From positions 8,116 through 72,115 of the forward strand of contig CAYRYA010000004.1 in assembly GCA_964428435.1 (NCBI GenBank): a stretch of DNA of 64,000 nucleotides, written 5' to 3'. The DNA is from an uncultured Candidatus Saccharibacteria bacterium. Lineage in GTDB: Bacteria > Patescibacteriota > Minisyncoccia > Phycocordibacterales > DATDWN01. Below, piece after piece: positions 37,883-47,871 of this stretch; positions within the stretch are counted from its first letter, which is position 1; each line of letters begins with the position of its first letter. Position numbers and translations under genes: made by a program. The notes beneath the pieces were generated by a model. The model saw nothing but the letters and a program-made list of their open reading frames with translations. It was not told the origin of the DNA and made no database searches.

Positions 37883-38479
37883 ATGAAAACATTCGAGGAA
37901 ATGAAATTTAATATCGGCGAGCTTATTGGTATTTCTGCCGACTCAATCACCGAACACCTTAAACTGTATGCTGGGTATGTTAAACACGCCAACCTTATTA
38001 TTTCTAAAATTGAAGAAATGAGTAAAGATTCAGAAGCTCATGCGTATGCATTAGGTGAACTTCAACGACGTTTTGGGTTTGAATTCGATGGTATGAGAAA
38101 CCATGAATACTATTTCAAGTCGCTTGAAGGTGGTGCACACGCACCGTCACCAGAAAGTGCCCTTTATACTGCTATCACTGAAGAGTTTGGATCATTTGAT
38201 GCATGGCTTGCACGTTTCAAAGCAGTCGCACTCACTCGAGGTATTGGCTGGGCAATCCTCTACTATGATAAAACCACTGGACGCCTCTTGAACTCTTGGG
38301 TAGACGAACAACACTTGGGACACCTTACCGGACTTTCTCCTATTCTCACACTCGATGTATGGGAACATGCATTTGTACCAGACTACAAAGCATCTGGGAA
38401 GAAAACATACATCGAAGATTTCTTCAAAAACCTTAACTGGTCTGTAATCGAAGAAAACTTTTTACACGCAGTAAACTAG
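37883..38479 (+). CDS. Fe/Mn superoxide dismutase family protein
   Basis: NHEYYF, FGS, GIGW, DVWEHA. Confidence 0.9.
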   Translation: MKTFEEMKFNIGELIGISADSITEHLKLYAGYVKHANLIISKIEEMSKDSEAHAYALGELQRRFGFEFDGMRNHEYYFKSLEGGAHAPSPESALYTAITEEFGSFDAWLARFKAVALTRGIGWAILYYDKTTGRLLNSWVDEQHLGHLTGLSPILTLDVWEHAFVPDYKASGKKTYIEDFFKNLNWSVIEENFLHAVN

Positions 38480-38520
38480 TTGACTCATGGTGTATTTATA
38501 GATAGTCTGTATTACAGACT

Positions 38521-38769
38521 ATGCGAGACTTTCGTTTTTACCTCTCACCAGGTGAAATTATTGATCTTATACTTGGAGGATCTGTAAATGTTGCATCACC
38601 TGGTCCTGTAGTAGTTGACCCATATTCAACAATTCTCGATGATGCGGTTTCCGCAATGAAGAATATGTGTTGCATCAACGATACCCCTTCCCCAAAACCA
38701 AAACAGCGATATACATCCCGGCGACGAGCATTACGCGAAAGTCGCGGGAGGGTCTATCGAAAACTCTGA
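38521..38769 (+). CDS. Orphan 82 aa ORF
   Basis: TTGACT...TAGTCT promoter-like sequence upstream; no recognised motif. Confidence 0.45.
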   Translation: MRDFRFYLSPGEIIDLILGGSVNVASPGPVVVDPYSTILDDAVSAMKNMCCINDTPSPKPKQRYTSRRRALRESRGRVYRKL

Positions 38770-38838
38770 CATACGATGTGTTGGAGTTTTTTCTTGCGAG
38801 TTTAAGACGGTGTGATAGTGTACTAATAGGAGACAGTT

Positions 38839-39069
38839 ATGACAAACTTGGTAGGAGACTTAGTCGTGGAGGAACTAGCACGACTAACTGAAGAAGATAG
38901 ACTTGTCCTTATCGGGTATCTCGTCAATACCTGTTCAGCAAGAAAACGCAAAAACTTAACTTTCCAACTCATCCAACTTGGTCTGAACGCAGATTTTGTA
39001 TCCGGACTACTACAAGAAAGCAACAAAGCATTCAAAAAACGGAGACATGAAAGTTCCATCAAAAGCTAA
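38839..39069 (+). CDS. Orphan 76 aa ORF
   Basis: TAGGAG SD 6 nt before ATG; hairpin CCCGAGTGC...GCACTCGGG plus T-tract downstream. Confidence 0.6.
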   Translation: MTNLVGDLVVEELARLTEEDRLVLIGYLVNTCSARKRKNLTFQLIQLGLNADFVSGLLQESNKAFKKRRHESSIKS

Positions 39070-40573
39070 CAACCGAATCATCCCCCGAGTGCGACTCTGT
39101 TGCACTCGGGTTTTGTTTTGTATGAAAACGGCACAAGAAGAAAGCAAAAACCACATAACAACTCATCAAACAAAACACAGGGATATACGGTATATGAATA
39201 GTTCCAAATGGAAGCTTTGAAACAATCTCTGCAATAAACAAATCCCACGAAAGAAAAAGATAAGTTGGAATTCCTGGAAGCAGTCCTATAAAACGAGAAA
39301 CAAATCCCAAAAGTGCAGTCAAAAATCCAAGAAGCATCGTGAGTGGTACAAACGGCAATACAATAAAGTTTGCGGGAAACGCATACACAGAAAAATTACC
39401 TGACATATATATGATATATGGCAATACAGAAATCTGTGCACCAAGTGTTGTTGCAGATAATTCCCTTAAACCAAATCGCTCTGTTATATACGAGAGGTGT
39501 GTTCCAACAATCGGCGCAACATACATCACACCAACAGTTGCCAACACAGACAAATGAAATGATGGATCATAAAAGAGTACAAACGGATTCCACATAACCA
39601 TTCCCCACACTGCAAGTAGTAATGCACGTGACGCATCATACGTCTTATGAAATTGTTTTCCTAACAATGCAATACTTGCCATGATACCTGCTCGTACAGC
39701 AGACGCCCCACTACCAGCCATTAAAATAAAAAATAAGATACCTAACAGTGATGAACCGAATGCAAACCGATTGGAAATAAATTTTGTAATTACCAATATA
39801 CTTTCTGCAACAACGGTAATATTGTATCCAGACAACACTACAATATGTGAAAGCCCTGCAACACGAAACTGTTCTTTAACTTGTTTTGGAACTGCATCAA
39901 CCCCCAACAGAATACCCCCCAATAACCCTGCATGTGGTTCTGGTATAACACTTCGTATGGAATGCAAAAAATGTTTTTTTATACTCAATATGTACCGCAA
40001 TAGATGATTACCTTCATGTCTGTGTACAGAGACTGATGCAAATGAAAGTGTATGCGTAATAGAATCTTTAAACAAATACATTTGATAATCAAATACTCTC
40101 CCATCATCTGCCTCAATACGCCCCGGTACACGAAGTGTCCCTGTGGCTACCACATAATCACCGTATGAAAATTCTGGAAATGCATGCGTATCGATGCGTA
40201 TATATGTATCTACTTTTTTTGTGGTTGTTCCAAATGATACACGCTCACTCCGTATATCTATACGCTGTTTTTCACCATCTGACACAGGTTCACGAACAAC
40301 AACACCTTGTACAGTAATCTTTTTTGACTCTAGTGTACGTAAGTCTTGTATATCAGGATACGACACACCCATAACCCGAAGTTGACCACACAAGATTCCA
40401 ATAAAAAATATAAGCAGTACACGAGCACCTTTTTGTATATCAGTATTATGCACGTATTGTTGATATACAAAACAAAAACATATAAAAATCACACTGACGA
40501 TACAGAGTGCATACGAAACACTTATAAATGAAACTCCTACTCCACACAAACTTGCGATAAAAAACAGTAACAT
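39059..40573 (-). CDS. comEC: ComEC/Rec2 competence membrane protein
   Basis: GLSHIVVLSGYN, SAVRA.IM, NP...DPSFHLS; OB-like N-terminal domain. Confidence 0.92.
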   Translation of the reverse strand: MLLFFIASLCGVGVSFISVSYALCIVSVIFICFCFVYQQYVHNTDIQKGARVLLIFFIGILCGQLRVMGVSYPDIQDLRTLESKKITVQGVVVREPVSDGEKQRIDIRSERVSFGTTTKKVDTYIRIDTHAFPEFSYGDYVVATGTLRVPGRIEADDGRVFDYQMYLFKDSITHTLSFASVSVHRHEGNHLLRYILSIKKHFLHSIRSVIPEPHAGLLGGILLGVDAVPKQVKEQFRVAGLSHIVVLSGYNITVVAESILVITKFISNRFAFGSSLLGILFFILMAGSGASAVRAGIMASIALLGKQFHKTYDASRALLLAVWGMVMWNPFVLFYDPSFHLSVLATVGVMYVAPIVGTHLSYITERFGLRELSATTLGAQISVLPYIIYMSGNFSVYAFPANFIVLPFVPLTMLLGFLTALLGFVSRFIGLLPGIPTYLFLSWDLFIAEIVSKLPFGTIHIPYIPVFCLMSCYVVFAFFLCRFHTKQNPSATESHSGDDSVVSF

Positions 40574-40576
40574 AGG

Positions 40577-41269
40577 TTACTGTTTTTTAAACTCACTGAT
40601 AATATGCATCTCATCTTCTGCATTCTGAGATTTTTTAAACAATGCTCCTGATACACCATGCACTCGTGCTTTACACTCATCCCACGTTCTGTGTACCATC
40701 ACCACTCCATCCACACAACTGATATATGAATACGCAGGGTATGAATTTTTTGACACACTCTTTTTCTTTTCTGTACCAACTGAGTTTTCAATTTGTTCGA
40801 CATCAACACCATACTGATCAAGACTTCCCACAAAAAGCTCGACGGGATTGTTATCTGCGTAAGAAGTAGCGATCACATCACATCGTTCATTTGCGGGCAC
40901 ACCTGCATGACCTGAAACTTTTCGAAACAACACCTCACGAGAAGTGATCACCTCATCGAGCGCTTCCCAAAGATCTCTATTGAGCACATCATCTTTTGTT
41001 TTTGTTTTCCAATTATTTCTCTTCCATCCTTCGATCCATTGTGTAATACCAGAGATGAGATAACTTGAGTCGGTGTGCACGATTACCTCATCAGCTTTTG
41101 TATACATGAGCGCTTCAAGTACAGCAGTGAGCTCCATTCGATTATTGGTCGTATTCCCTTCACGACCACCGAGCTCGGTTACACGATCACCTTCCACAAC
41201 AACTGCACCCCAACCTCCTGGCCCCGGATTTCCTCGCGACGATCCATCAGTAAATATAATTGATTTCAT
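40577..41269 (-). CDS. rnhA: Ribonuclease HI with C-terminal Cauli_VI-like domain
   Basis: FTDGSS.GNPGPGG, TNNRMEL, TDS.Y, GHAG...NE..D; tail TWDECKARVHG. Confidence 0.93.
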   Translation of the reverse strand: MKSIIFTDGSSRGNPGPGGWGAVVVEGDRVTELGGREGNTTNNRMELTAVLEALMYTKADEVIVHTDSSYLISGITQWIEGWKRNNWKTKTKDDVLNRDLWEALDEVITSREVLFRKVSGHAGVPANERCDVIATSYADNNPVELFVGSLDQYGVDVEQIENSVGTEKKKSVSKNSYPAYSYISCVDGVVMVHRTWDECKARVHGVSGALFKKSQNAEDEMHIISEFKKQ

Positions 41270-41344
41270 ACAGATAGTGTAAACTGTAAATACCAAAATT
41301 CAAAATACATAAACATTGCAATCTTTGATTATTAATTTTTGAAT

Positions 41345-43087
41345 TTATAGCACATCCACAATCCTCAACCGTAACTCCGGAAAATTGCGAAACATTGATT
41401 TTTCTATATGCGCTACGAGATTAATTTTTTGTCCTGATTCTAGTGTAACCTTGTATTTACTTGGATCAGAGAAGAATCCGATAGCTTGCACACTCCTTCC
41501 ATTCTTCTTGTGAAACGTAAGCTCAAGATGATTCTTTTCTTTTCCAAATTGTTTCAAACTGCTGATTACCACATCAGAAATAAGAAAAAGTGGCTTTGGG
41601 TTATCGGTGCCAAAAGGCGCGAGCTTTTCTACATGACTATACAAGCTCCACTCAACATCATCGATGGAAATTTCCTTATCAAGCACGCACGCTTCAGGCT
41701 CAGTCAACTCATTACGAAGCTCCTTAAATGCATCATTTAATTTTTTCTCTAAATCATGCACCATAGACATAGACACCGAAAACCCACCCGCACCTGCATG
41801 TCCACCAAAATCAAGAAATGCATCTTTTGCATGTTCCATAAGTGTCATGATATTTGTATCCCCACCAGCCCGACATGAACCTTTAAGGATCACATGACCA
41901 TCTTCGTCTTTCATTTCTTCTCCTGATCTTCCCCAAAGAAACACAGGGCGATTATGTTCGTCTCCAAATGAGTTTGCGACCAGTCCAAGAAGTGAGGGTT
42001 TCCATTTTGGGTTTCCTAATACAATCACATCACCGAGCACATCTTCTCGCTCAGAAATTAGTTTTTTAATTTCTTTCACCATACTTGCAACCACTCCCTT
42101 ACGTTCATCATTGATTACGTTTAAATGTTCTGCCATCACACTTGCTTGTACCGGATCAGTTTCCCCAAGCATTAGAAATGCATCACGAGGCACACCCATC
42201 CGAGACGCAGCATTGATACGAGGAGTAATCATGAAGCCAATATCCTCTTCAGTAAGATGCGTTTGATTTATTTTTAATATCTGACAAAGTTTTTGAAGTC
42301 CTGGTCGTGGAGATTTTCGCAACACAACCAATCCATATGATGCGAGTACGCGGTTTTCTCCACGGAGTGGAACCATATCAGATAACGTTGCGAGTCCCAC
42401 CATATCCAAAAGCCATTTCTCCCACCCTTCTGTGACAGAATATTTCTTTTTGAATTCGTCGTGTTGCAACAGCGCACATACAACTTTCCATATTACTCCA
42501 GACCCGCACAGCATTTTTTCTGGATATTCACAACCAGGTTGTTTTGGATTAATAATCGCAAAAGCTTCTGGTAGCACTTCATGCGGAAGATGATGATCTG
42601 TAACGATCACATCGAGTCCAAGTGAATGCGCATACTCAACTTCAGCAACATCTGCAATCCCACAATCAATCGTGATCATGAGTGTCACTCCATTTTTCTT
42701 AAAAAGATCTGTTGCATCGTGACTCATCCCATACCCTTCATCATTTCGATGTGGAATATATACCTCATAATTTTCGTACGAAATTTTTTTAAAGAAATCA
42801 GATATCACCACTGCACCAGGTATACCATCTGCATCATAATCAGAAAAGATTCCGATACGCTCCCCCACTTCAAGTGCGTTTAAAATTCTCTCCACTGCTT
42901 TTGTCATATCTTTCAAAAGATATGGATCATGAATATCACGAGCGAAATCCGGTGCGATAAAAAGCTCTGCATCAGATTGTTCAATGATTCCTCGCGCAAA
43001 CAAAAGTTCTTGGAGAATTGGATGGTGAGTTTTTAGACTTTCTCTTACTATATCTGTTGGTTGCTCCCGGACAACATATTTTTTCAT
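41345..43087 (-). CDS. recJ: ssDNA exonuclease RecJ
   Basis: DYDADG, TIDCG, TDHH, PRINA, GGH. Confidence 0.95.
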   Translation of the reverse strand: MKKYVVREQPTDIVRESLKTHHPILQELLFARGIIEQSDAELFIAPDFARDIHDPYLLKDMTKAVERILNALEVGERIGIFSDYDADGIPGAVVISDFFKKISYENYEVYIPHRNDEGYGMSHDATDLFKKNGVTLMITIDCGIADVAEVEYAHSLGLDVIVTDHHLPHEVLPEAFAIINPKQPGCEYPEKMLCGSGVIWKVVCALLQHDEFKKKYSVTEGWEKWLLDMVGLATLSDMVPLRGENRVLASYGLVVLRKSPRPGLQKLCQILKINQTHLTEEDIGFMITPRINAASRMGVPRDAFLMLGETDPVQASVMAEHLNVINDERKGVVASMVKEIKKLISEREDVLGDVIVLGNPKWKPSLLGLVANSFGDEHNRPVFLWGRSGEEMKDEDGHVILKGSCRAGGDTNIMTLMEHAKDAFLDFGGHAGAGGFSVSMSMVHDLEKKLNDAFKELRNELTEPEACVLDKEISIDDVEWSLYSHVEKLAPFGTDNPKPLFLISDVVISSLKQFGKEKNHLELTFHKKNGRSVQAIGFFSDPSKYKVTLESGQKINLVAHIEKSMFRNFPELRLRIVDVL

Positions 43088-43167
43088 GAGGTAATTGTAA
43101 CATGCTCAAAAAAACCAACTGATTGACAGATGCACTAGAAAACGTAAAGTAGGAGGTGGAGAAAAAT

Positions 43168-43494
43168 ATGCCCAATACTCATCAGTTTAAACTAATGAAT
43201 CATGATTTTAACCTGATTAAGAAAGGACGAAAGTCTATTGAAGTCAGGGTGGCGGATGAAAAAAGAAAAAAGGTTAAGAAAGGAGACCTCATCATCTTTA
43301 ACCGCAAAACCACCAAAAAAGTAGTAAGGGTTTGTGGTTACCTCTCATTTGAAGAAATGCTCGAACATGAGGATCCTGAAAAAATTATGCCTAAGTGGAA
43401 CAAGGAGCGCATTATCAACAGGTTGCGCGAAATATACAACGAGACCCAAGAAAACCAGGGCGTCCTCGTCTTCGAATTGCAGGTCGATCCATGA
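43168..43494 (+). CDS. ASCH domain protein
   Basis: [17 protein letters not shown]; TTGACA and AGGAGG upstream. Confidence 0.85.
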   Translation: MPNTHQFKLMNHDFNLIKKGRKSIEVRVADEKRKKVKKGDLIIFNRKTTKKVVRVCGYLSFEEMLEHEDPEKIMPKWNKERIINRLREIYNETQENQGVLVFELQVDP

Positions 43495-43535
43495 TCGACC
43501 TGTTTTACTACACAAAAGTTCGATATACTACATAT

Positions 43536-43898
43536 ATGAATGACTGTATATTTTGCAAAATTATAAACGGAGAGATTCCTTCGTATAAAGTATACGAGGA
43601 TGACAATTTTTTCGCCTTTTTGGATATTCACCCTCAGTCCCCGGGGCATGTACAGGTGATACCAAAAAAGCATCATCGGTGGGTGTGGCAGGTACCAAAT
43701 GTCGGCGAATACTTTGAAGTTGTGCGGAAAATCGCCCTCGCTCAACAAAGAGCATTTGACACCGAATGGATACTTTCAAAAATTGTTGGTGACGAAGTAG
43801 AACATGCCCACATCTGGGTATTTCCAAACAAAGAAGTTTCTGGGAATCCAAAGGATTTTGAAGGAAATTTAAAAAAAGTTAAAGAAAATATACTTTAG
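43536..43898 (+). CDS. HIT family protein
   Basis: [31 protein letters not shown]. Confidence 0.92.
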   Translation: MNDCIFCKIINGEIPSYKVYEDDNFFAFLDIHPQSPGHVQVIPKKHHRWVWQVPNVGEYFEVVRKIALAQQRAFDTEWILSKIVGDEVEHAHIWVFPNKEVSGNPKDFEGNLKKVKENIL

Positions 43899-43937
43899 TC
43901 TATAAAGTCCTTAAAGTCGAAAGTCCATCAAGTCAAA
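43896..43937. repeat. Family C arm (AAGTC units) left of the four-helix-bundle gene
   Basis: tagtctataaagtccttaaagtcgaaagtccatcaagtcaa. Confidence 0.85.
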
Positions 43938-43944
43938 TACAAAT

Positions 43945-44292
43945 TTATTCAAGGGATTTAATGAGACCTGACAATATTCTTAATATCTCCACTGATTCTT
44001 TATAGAGAGGTTCGAAGTTATTTTTAGAGATATATTTTAATTCAAAAGCAAGATCAAGCATTGACCTCACCTCACCCACTGAACCTTTAGTTATAAACAG
44101 AAACTTCTTAAACTCCTTATCTCCTCTTCTCTCGTATCCTTCTGCAATATTATTCATTACTGAAACAGATGCTCTTTGAATTTGATCTTTAAATCCATAA
44201 TCCTTTAGAAGTCTGAAGCTTGTGTAGACGCCTATACTCAGAGCTTTTGCCTTCTGCCATCCTATAATATCTTCGAACTTTTCAATCTTCAT
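43945..44292 (-). CDS. Four-helix-bundle protein (23S rRNA IVS protein family, PF05635/TIGR02436-like)
   Basis: FEDIIGWQKA, DQIQRASVSVMNNIAEG, FLFITKGSVGEVRSML. Confidence 0.92.
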   Translation of the reverse strand: MKIEKFEDIIGWQKAKALSIGVYTSFRLLKDYGFKDQIQRASVSVMNNIAEGYERRGDKEFKKFLFITKGSVGEVRSMLDLAFELKYISKNNFEPLYKESVEILRILSGLIKSLE

Positions 44293-44302
44293 ATTTTTGA
44301 AT

Positions 44303-44347
44303 TGACTTGATGGACTTTACAGACTTGATGGACTTTTGACTTTGACA
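44303..44347. repeat. Family C arm (GACTT units) right of the four-helix-bundle gene
   Basis: ttgacttgatggactttacagacttgatggacttttgactttgac; inverted relative to 43896..43937. Confidence 0.85.
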
Positions 44348-45465
44348 GCCTCAATCCCCGGCAATGTCTCGTTCACTAAAAAGTCGAGCATTGCTCCTCC
44401 TGCAGTCGAGACAAAAGTAAACTTGTTCATGAGTCCGAGCTTTTCGATAGACGCCAATGTATCTCCTCCTCCTACAATACTTGTTGCTTTAGAATCTGCG
44501 ATAATCTGTGCGAGCTGTTCCGTTTTATCAAAAAATCCTGCCTCATAGTTACCCAGTGGACCATTCCATACAATCAAAGACGACTTCTTCACCAACTCTT
44601 CAATATGAGCAATTGTTTCTGGTCCCACATCACCAATGTACTCATCGGCTTCTACCTGGTTTGCTTTTTTTAAAGAAAGTGCGCCGTTTGTTTTTTTAAC
44701 CGTCACATCTGTAGGGGCAACAAATTTAGGGTTTTCAAGCATATGATTAATTCCAAACTCACCTTCTGATACCAACGAGGTTCCTATTTCAAATCCCTGT
44801 GTCTTATACACATTGTTTGCAAGTGCACCAGCAACAACTACATGATCTGCTTTATCCAAATACTTTTGAATCAATGGTAACTTTGTATCAAACTTTGCTC
44901 CACCTAAGATAAAAAGAAATGGATGTGTTGGTGTAAATGCTTTTGAAAGATTCTCAACTTCATGAACAAATAAAGGTCCAAGATATGAGGGAAGTAAGGC
45001 AGGAATACCCACAACAGATGCGTGTTTACGATGAGACACAGAGAATGCATCGTTTACATATATATCACCATAATGAGCAAGCTTCTTTGCAAACTCTGGA
45101 TCATTTGCTTTTTCTCCATCATCTGACCGAAGGTTTTCAAGCATTACCACATCACCCTCTTCCATGTCAGCAATCATTTTTATAGTCTCAGCAGAAAAGA
45201 GTTTTTGTGCAAACTGTACTTTCACAAAACCATTTAAATAATCAAACATCGGATGAAGACTTGTATTTCCTTTTGCTTCTGTATGGGCGAGGATAATAAT
45301 TTTTGCTTTTTTAAGACGAAGTAAATCTATAGTAGGAATCGCCTGATCAATACGATATGGATCAGCAACCTTTCCATCAACGATTGGTGTATTTAAATCC
45401 AAACGAAGCAATACATGCTTTCCTGCAATATCCCCTGCATTTTCAATAGTAGGTAAGTGTTTCAT
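44317..45465 (-). CDS. pgk: Phosphoglycerate kinase
   Basis: RLDLNTP, LENLR, YVNDAF...HR, GGAK, WNGP.G, GGGDT. Confidence 0.96.
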   Translation of the reverse strand: MKHLPTIENAGDIAGKHVLLRLDLNTPIVDGKVADPYRIDQAIPTIDLLRLKKAKIIILAHTEAKGNTSLHPMFDYLNGFVKVQFAQKLFSAETIKMIADMEEGDVVMLENLRSDDGEKANDPEFAKKLAHYGDIYVNDAFSVSHRKHASVVGIPALLPSYLGPLFVHEVENLSKAFTPTHPFLFILGGAKFDTKLPLIQKYLDKADHVVVAGALANNVYKTQGFEIGTSLVSEGEFGINHMLENPKFVAPTDVTVKKTNGALSLKKANQVEADEYIGDVGPETIAHIEELVKKSSLIVWNGPLGNYEAGFFDKTEQLAQIIADSKATSIVGGGDTLASIEKLGLMNKFTFVSTAGGAMLDFLVNETLPGIEAVKVKSPSSL

Positions 45466-45467
45466 AT

Positions 45468-45557
45468 CAATGTAAAATGTAAATATCAAAAATCAAAATA
45501 ATGGGATGCTAACTTTTTAATTTGCCCCTCATTTTCCATTTTGATTTTTAAATTTTT
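45468..45557. repeat. Family D palindromic element
   Basis: aatgtaaaatgtaaatatcaaaaatcaaaat...cattttgatttttaaattttt. Confidence 0.65.
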
Positions 45558-46320
45558 ATTTTATTAAGTCCACATTAGTGATAATCCCTACAAAATTTTC
45601 TACCTTAAGAGATTCTCGTCCCACTAACAAACCATCAACAAAACCCCTTTCTACAATTTCTCGTGCATTATCGGCTGTTACTGCACCACCATAGAGCACT
45701 CTTGGTAATGGAGCCATTGTGCCATACATTTCCTTAATACATTTTTGAATATATAACGACATTTCATGTACCTGATGTGAACTCATCGCTTCTTTAGCAC
45801 CAATAGCCCATACAGGTTCGTATGCGATCACTACATCAGAAATAACAGCTTTTGACACTCCAGCAAGACCAGATGCGAGCTGACTTTTAATCAACCCAAG
45901 ATACTCACCATGTTCATCTCGAGCTGACTCACCAATACAAAGCACAGGAATGAGTTTATTTTCAAGCGCCCGACTTACTCTTTTAGATACAGATGTATCA
46001 CTTTCCCCACGAACTCGTCTTTCAGAATGCCCGATAATAACATAGGTGACTTTAAACTGCGGAAGGTGTTGTGCCGAAACTTCACCTGTATATGAGCCAG
46101 ATGTTTCTTCATATATATTTTGCACACCCAGAGCAACCTTTTTCGAAACCAAACCTTTCAAATCAGAAACATATACAAAAGGTGGACAAACAACAACATC
46201 AGTATTTTTAGCTTTTAAACTACCTTTTTTAATACCCTCAACTAACTTTTTAGCTTCTGTAAGCTTAAAAATATTCATTTTCCAATTACCGATAACAAGT
46301 TTTTTCTTTTTTAGTGCCAT
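45556..46320 (-). CDS. tpiA: Triosephosphate isomerase
   Basis: GNWKM, GHSERR, AYEPVWAIG, LYGG. Confidence 0.97.
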   Translation of the reverse strand: MALKKKKLVIGNWKMNIFKLTEAKKLVEGIKKGSLKAKNTDVVVCPPFVYVSDLKGLVSKKVALGVQNIYEETSGSYTGEVSAQHLPQFKVTYVIIGHSERRVRGESDTSVSKRVSRALENKLIPVLCIGESARDEHGEYLGLIKSQLASGLAGVSKAVISDVVIAYEPVWAIGAKEAMSSHQVHEMSLYIQKCIKEMYGTMAPLPRVLYGGAVTADNAREIVERGFVDGLLVGRESLKVENFVGIITNVDLIK

Positions 46321-46392
46321 GCAAATATAGTAACATAAAGCCACCCGACCAGATAATCAAAAAAACACTTGTATATACAAGTGTTTTTTTGA

Positions 46393-47871
46393 TTATCTGG
46401 TCTCCTCCCATGAAATTATTTGGTATTGATCCGAAGTCAACGGAAAACTTGGTGGTGGTCCATACAAAAGGTTTGCATCATAAATAATATCTCGACTGTC
46501 ATAACCTGTACCATCTGTGTATGCAAAACCGTATCGCAAACTACTTGCAATCATTCCATATAACGTGAGAGAAGTTTTACTGTCATCTGAACATGATGTT
46601 TGATAGTAATACCTTCCCGCACGACCATTTTGTGCTACTAATGCCGCATCGATACGTAAGTTATTTGCTGAGTATTGTCCTACATTAACATTCCCTTGTG
46701 ATATAAGAGAGATAACATCTTGTCCATCGTAGTTGGTATAGAGCAAGTTTGCATTAATGGTAATACTTGGTCGTGTCGCAGGGTTATCTGGAAAACGTCC
46801 CACTGCAAGAGTGACACGAGCGGTATTAATCTGACCATCTACCCACACATTATCTTCAAGAAAAATAAGTCCATTTGAAGGAATCGCATAGTTACCGAGT
46901 AATGTCTGACCCCCTCCTCCAGAAGTACGGATGCTCCATGAACCCCACCCTGATTGATTTTGCGCATTAGAACAGTTGTTCCCTACTGCCTGAAGAGCTG
47001 TCACACGGTAAAGATCAAATGTATCATTTGTTTTAAATACAACACGATATCCCTGATATCCCGATGCGGCAAAATATCTTCCTGATGTTTGTGCACCAGA
47101 TTTAATTGATGCGAGATCAGTAGTTAAGCCCACAAAATCAACCGCCGGAATTGGAAATTGTCTTCCAGACTCGAACACGTCTGGACGAGCTGGGACACTG
47201 TTTGGTGGCGCCTCGGCAGAACGAAATGTGTCATTTACGCTACCGCTCGGTAATGTTACATGGGTATGTACCCCAAACTCATTGTTTCCTGAGTGATCTG
47301 GGTCATCATATACATCTCGTGACGACGAAATCACATTATGAGCAAGACCATCAAACCGAATCCCTCCGTTTGAATGAATTGGACCGTACACCTCTGTACC
47401 CTCTCCAAAACGAAGACTGTCATTACTTACTACGGCATATTTTGCAAGAGAAGGGATTGCGAAACGAGCGGTAATTGAACGTGCAACAGAAGGATCATCT
47501 GTGATACGACCTGTTGATTTCACAGTCACAATAGTAAACCCTGGCTGTGGTGGTGTAATCGTTAATGTAAATGTTCCGATTTGATTTCCATCTTTATCAT
47601 AAAATGGACGAATAGATGGTGTGCTCGTACCTGTGCCGTCTTGATAGTCAGTTGGTGCATGTGCAAGATGCCATCGATAATAATCGATTCCAGATTCTGC
47701 AATCTGGAGAGCTTGTTCGCGATACAATGCAAGACGCGATGCTTTGATATTTAATCCAGCCCATGAGACAAGACCTCCAATAATAACTACCGCAATACTT
47801 CCAAACACAAGTGCTTGAACAAGAAGAGAACCTTTTTGTGGGTGGTACCCAGTGATGTATATCTTTTTCAT
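46393..47871 (-). CDS. PilX-like minor pilin / pilus-associated protein
   Basis: KGSLLVQALVF hydrophobic N-terminus, ALQIAESG; in pilus cluster. Confidence 0.75.
   Translation of the reverse strand: MKKIYITGYHPQKGSLLVQALVFGSIAVVIIGGLVSWAGLNIKASRLALYREQALQIAESGIDYYRWHLAHAPTDYQDGTGTSTPSIRPFYDKDGNQIGTFTLTITPPQPGFTIVTVKSTGRITDDPSVARSITARFAIPSLAKYAVVSNDSLRFGEGTEVYGPIHSNGGIRFDGLAHNVISSSRDVYDDPDHSGNNEFGVHTHVTLPSGSVNDTFRSAEAPPNSVPARPDVFESGRQFPIPAVDFVGLTTDLASIKSGAQTSGRYFAASGYQGYRVVFKTNDTFDLYRVTALQAVGNNCSNAQNQSGWGSWSIRTSGGGGQTLLGNYAIPSNGLIFLEDNVWVDGQINTARVTLAVGRFPDNPATRPSITINANLLYTNYDGQDVISLISQGNVNVGQYSANNLRIDAALVAQNGRAGRYYYQTSCSDDSKTSLTLYGMIASSLRYGFAYTDGTGYDSRDIIYDANLLYGPPPSFPLTSDQYQIISWEETR

Noticed and set aside
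36958-40573. comEC split into two genes as a pseudogene
   Set aside because: Both parts are intact ORFs; separate membrane and MBL-domain genes are a known arrangement.
43945-44292. Diversity-generating retroelement (Avd-like gene)
   Set aside because: No reverse transcriptase and no template/variable repeat pair with adenine-specific mismatches seen in the window.
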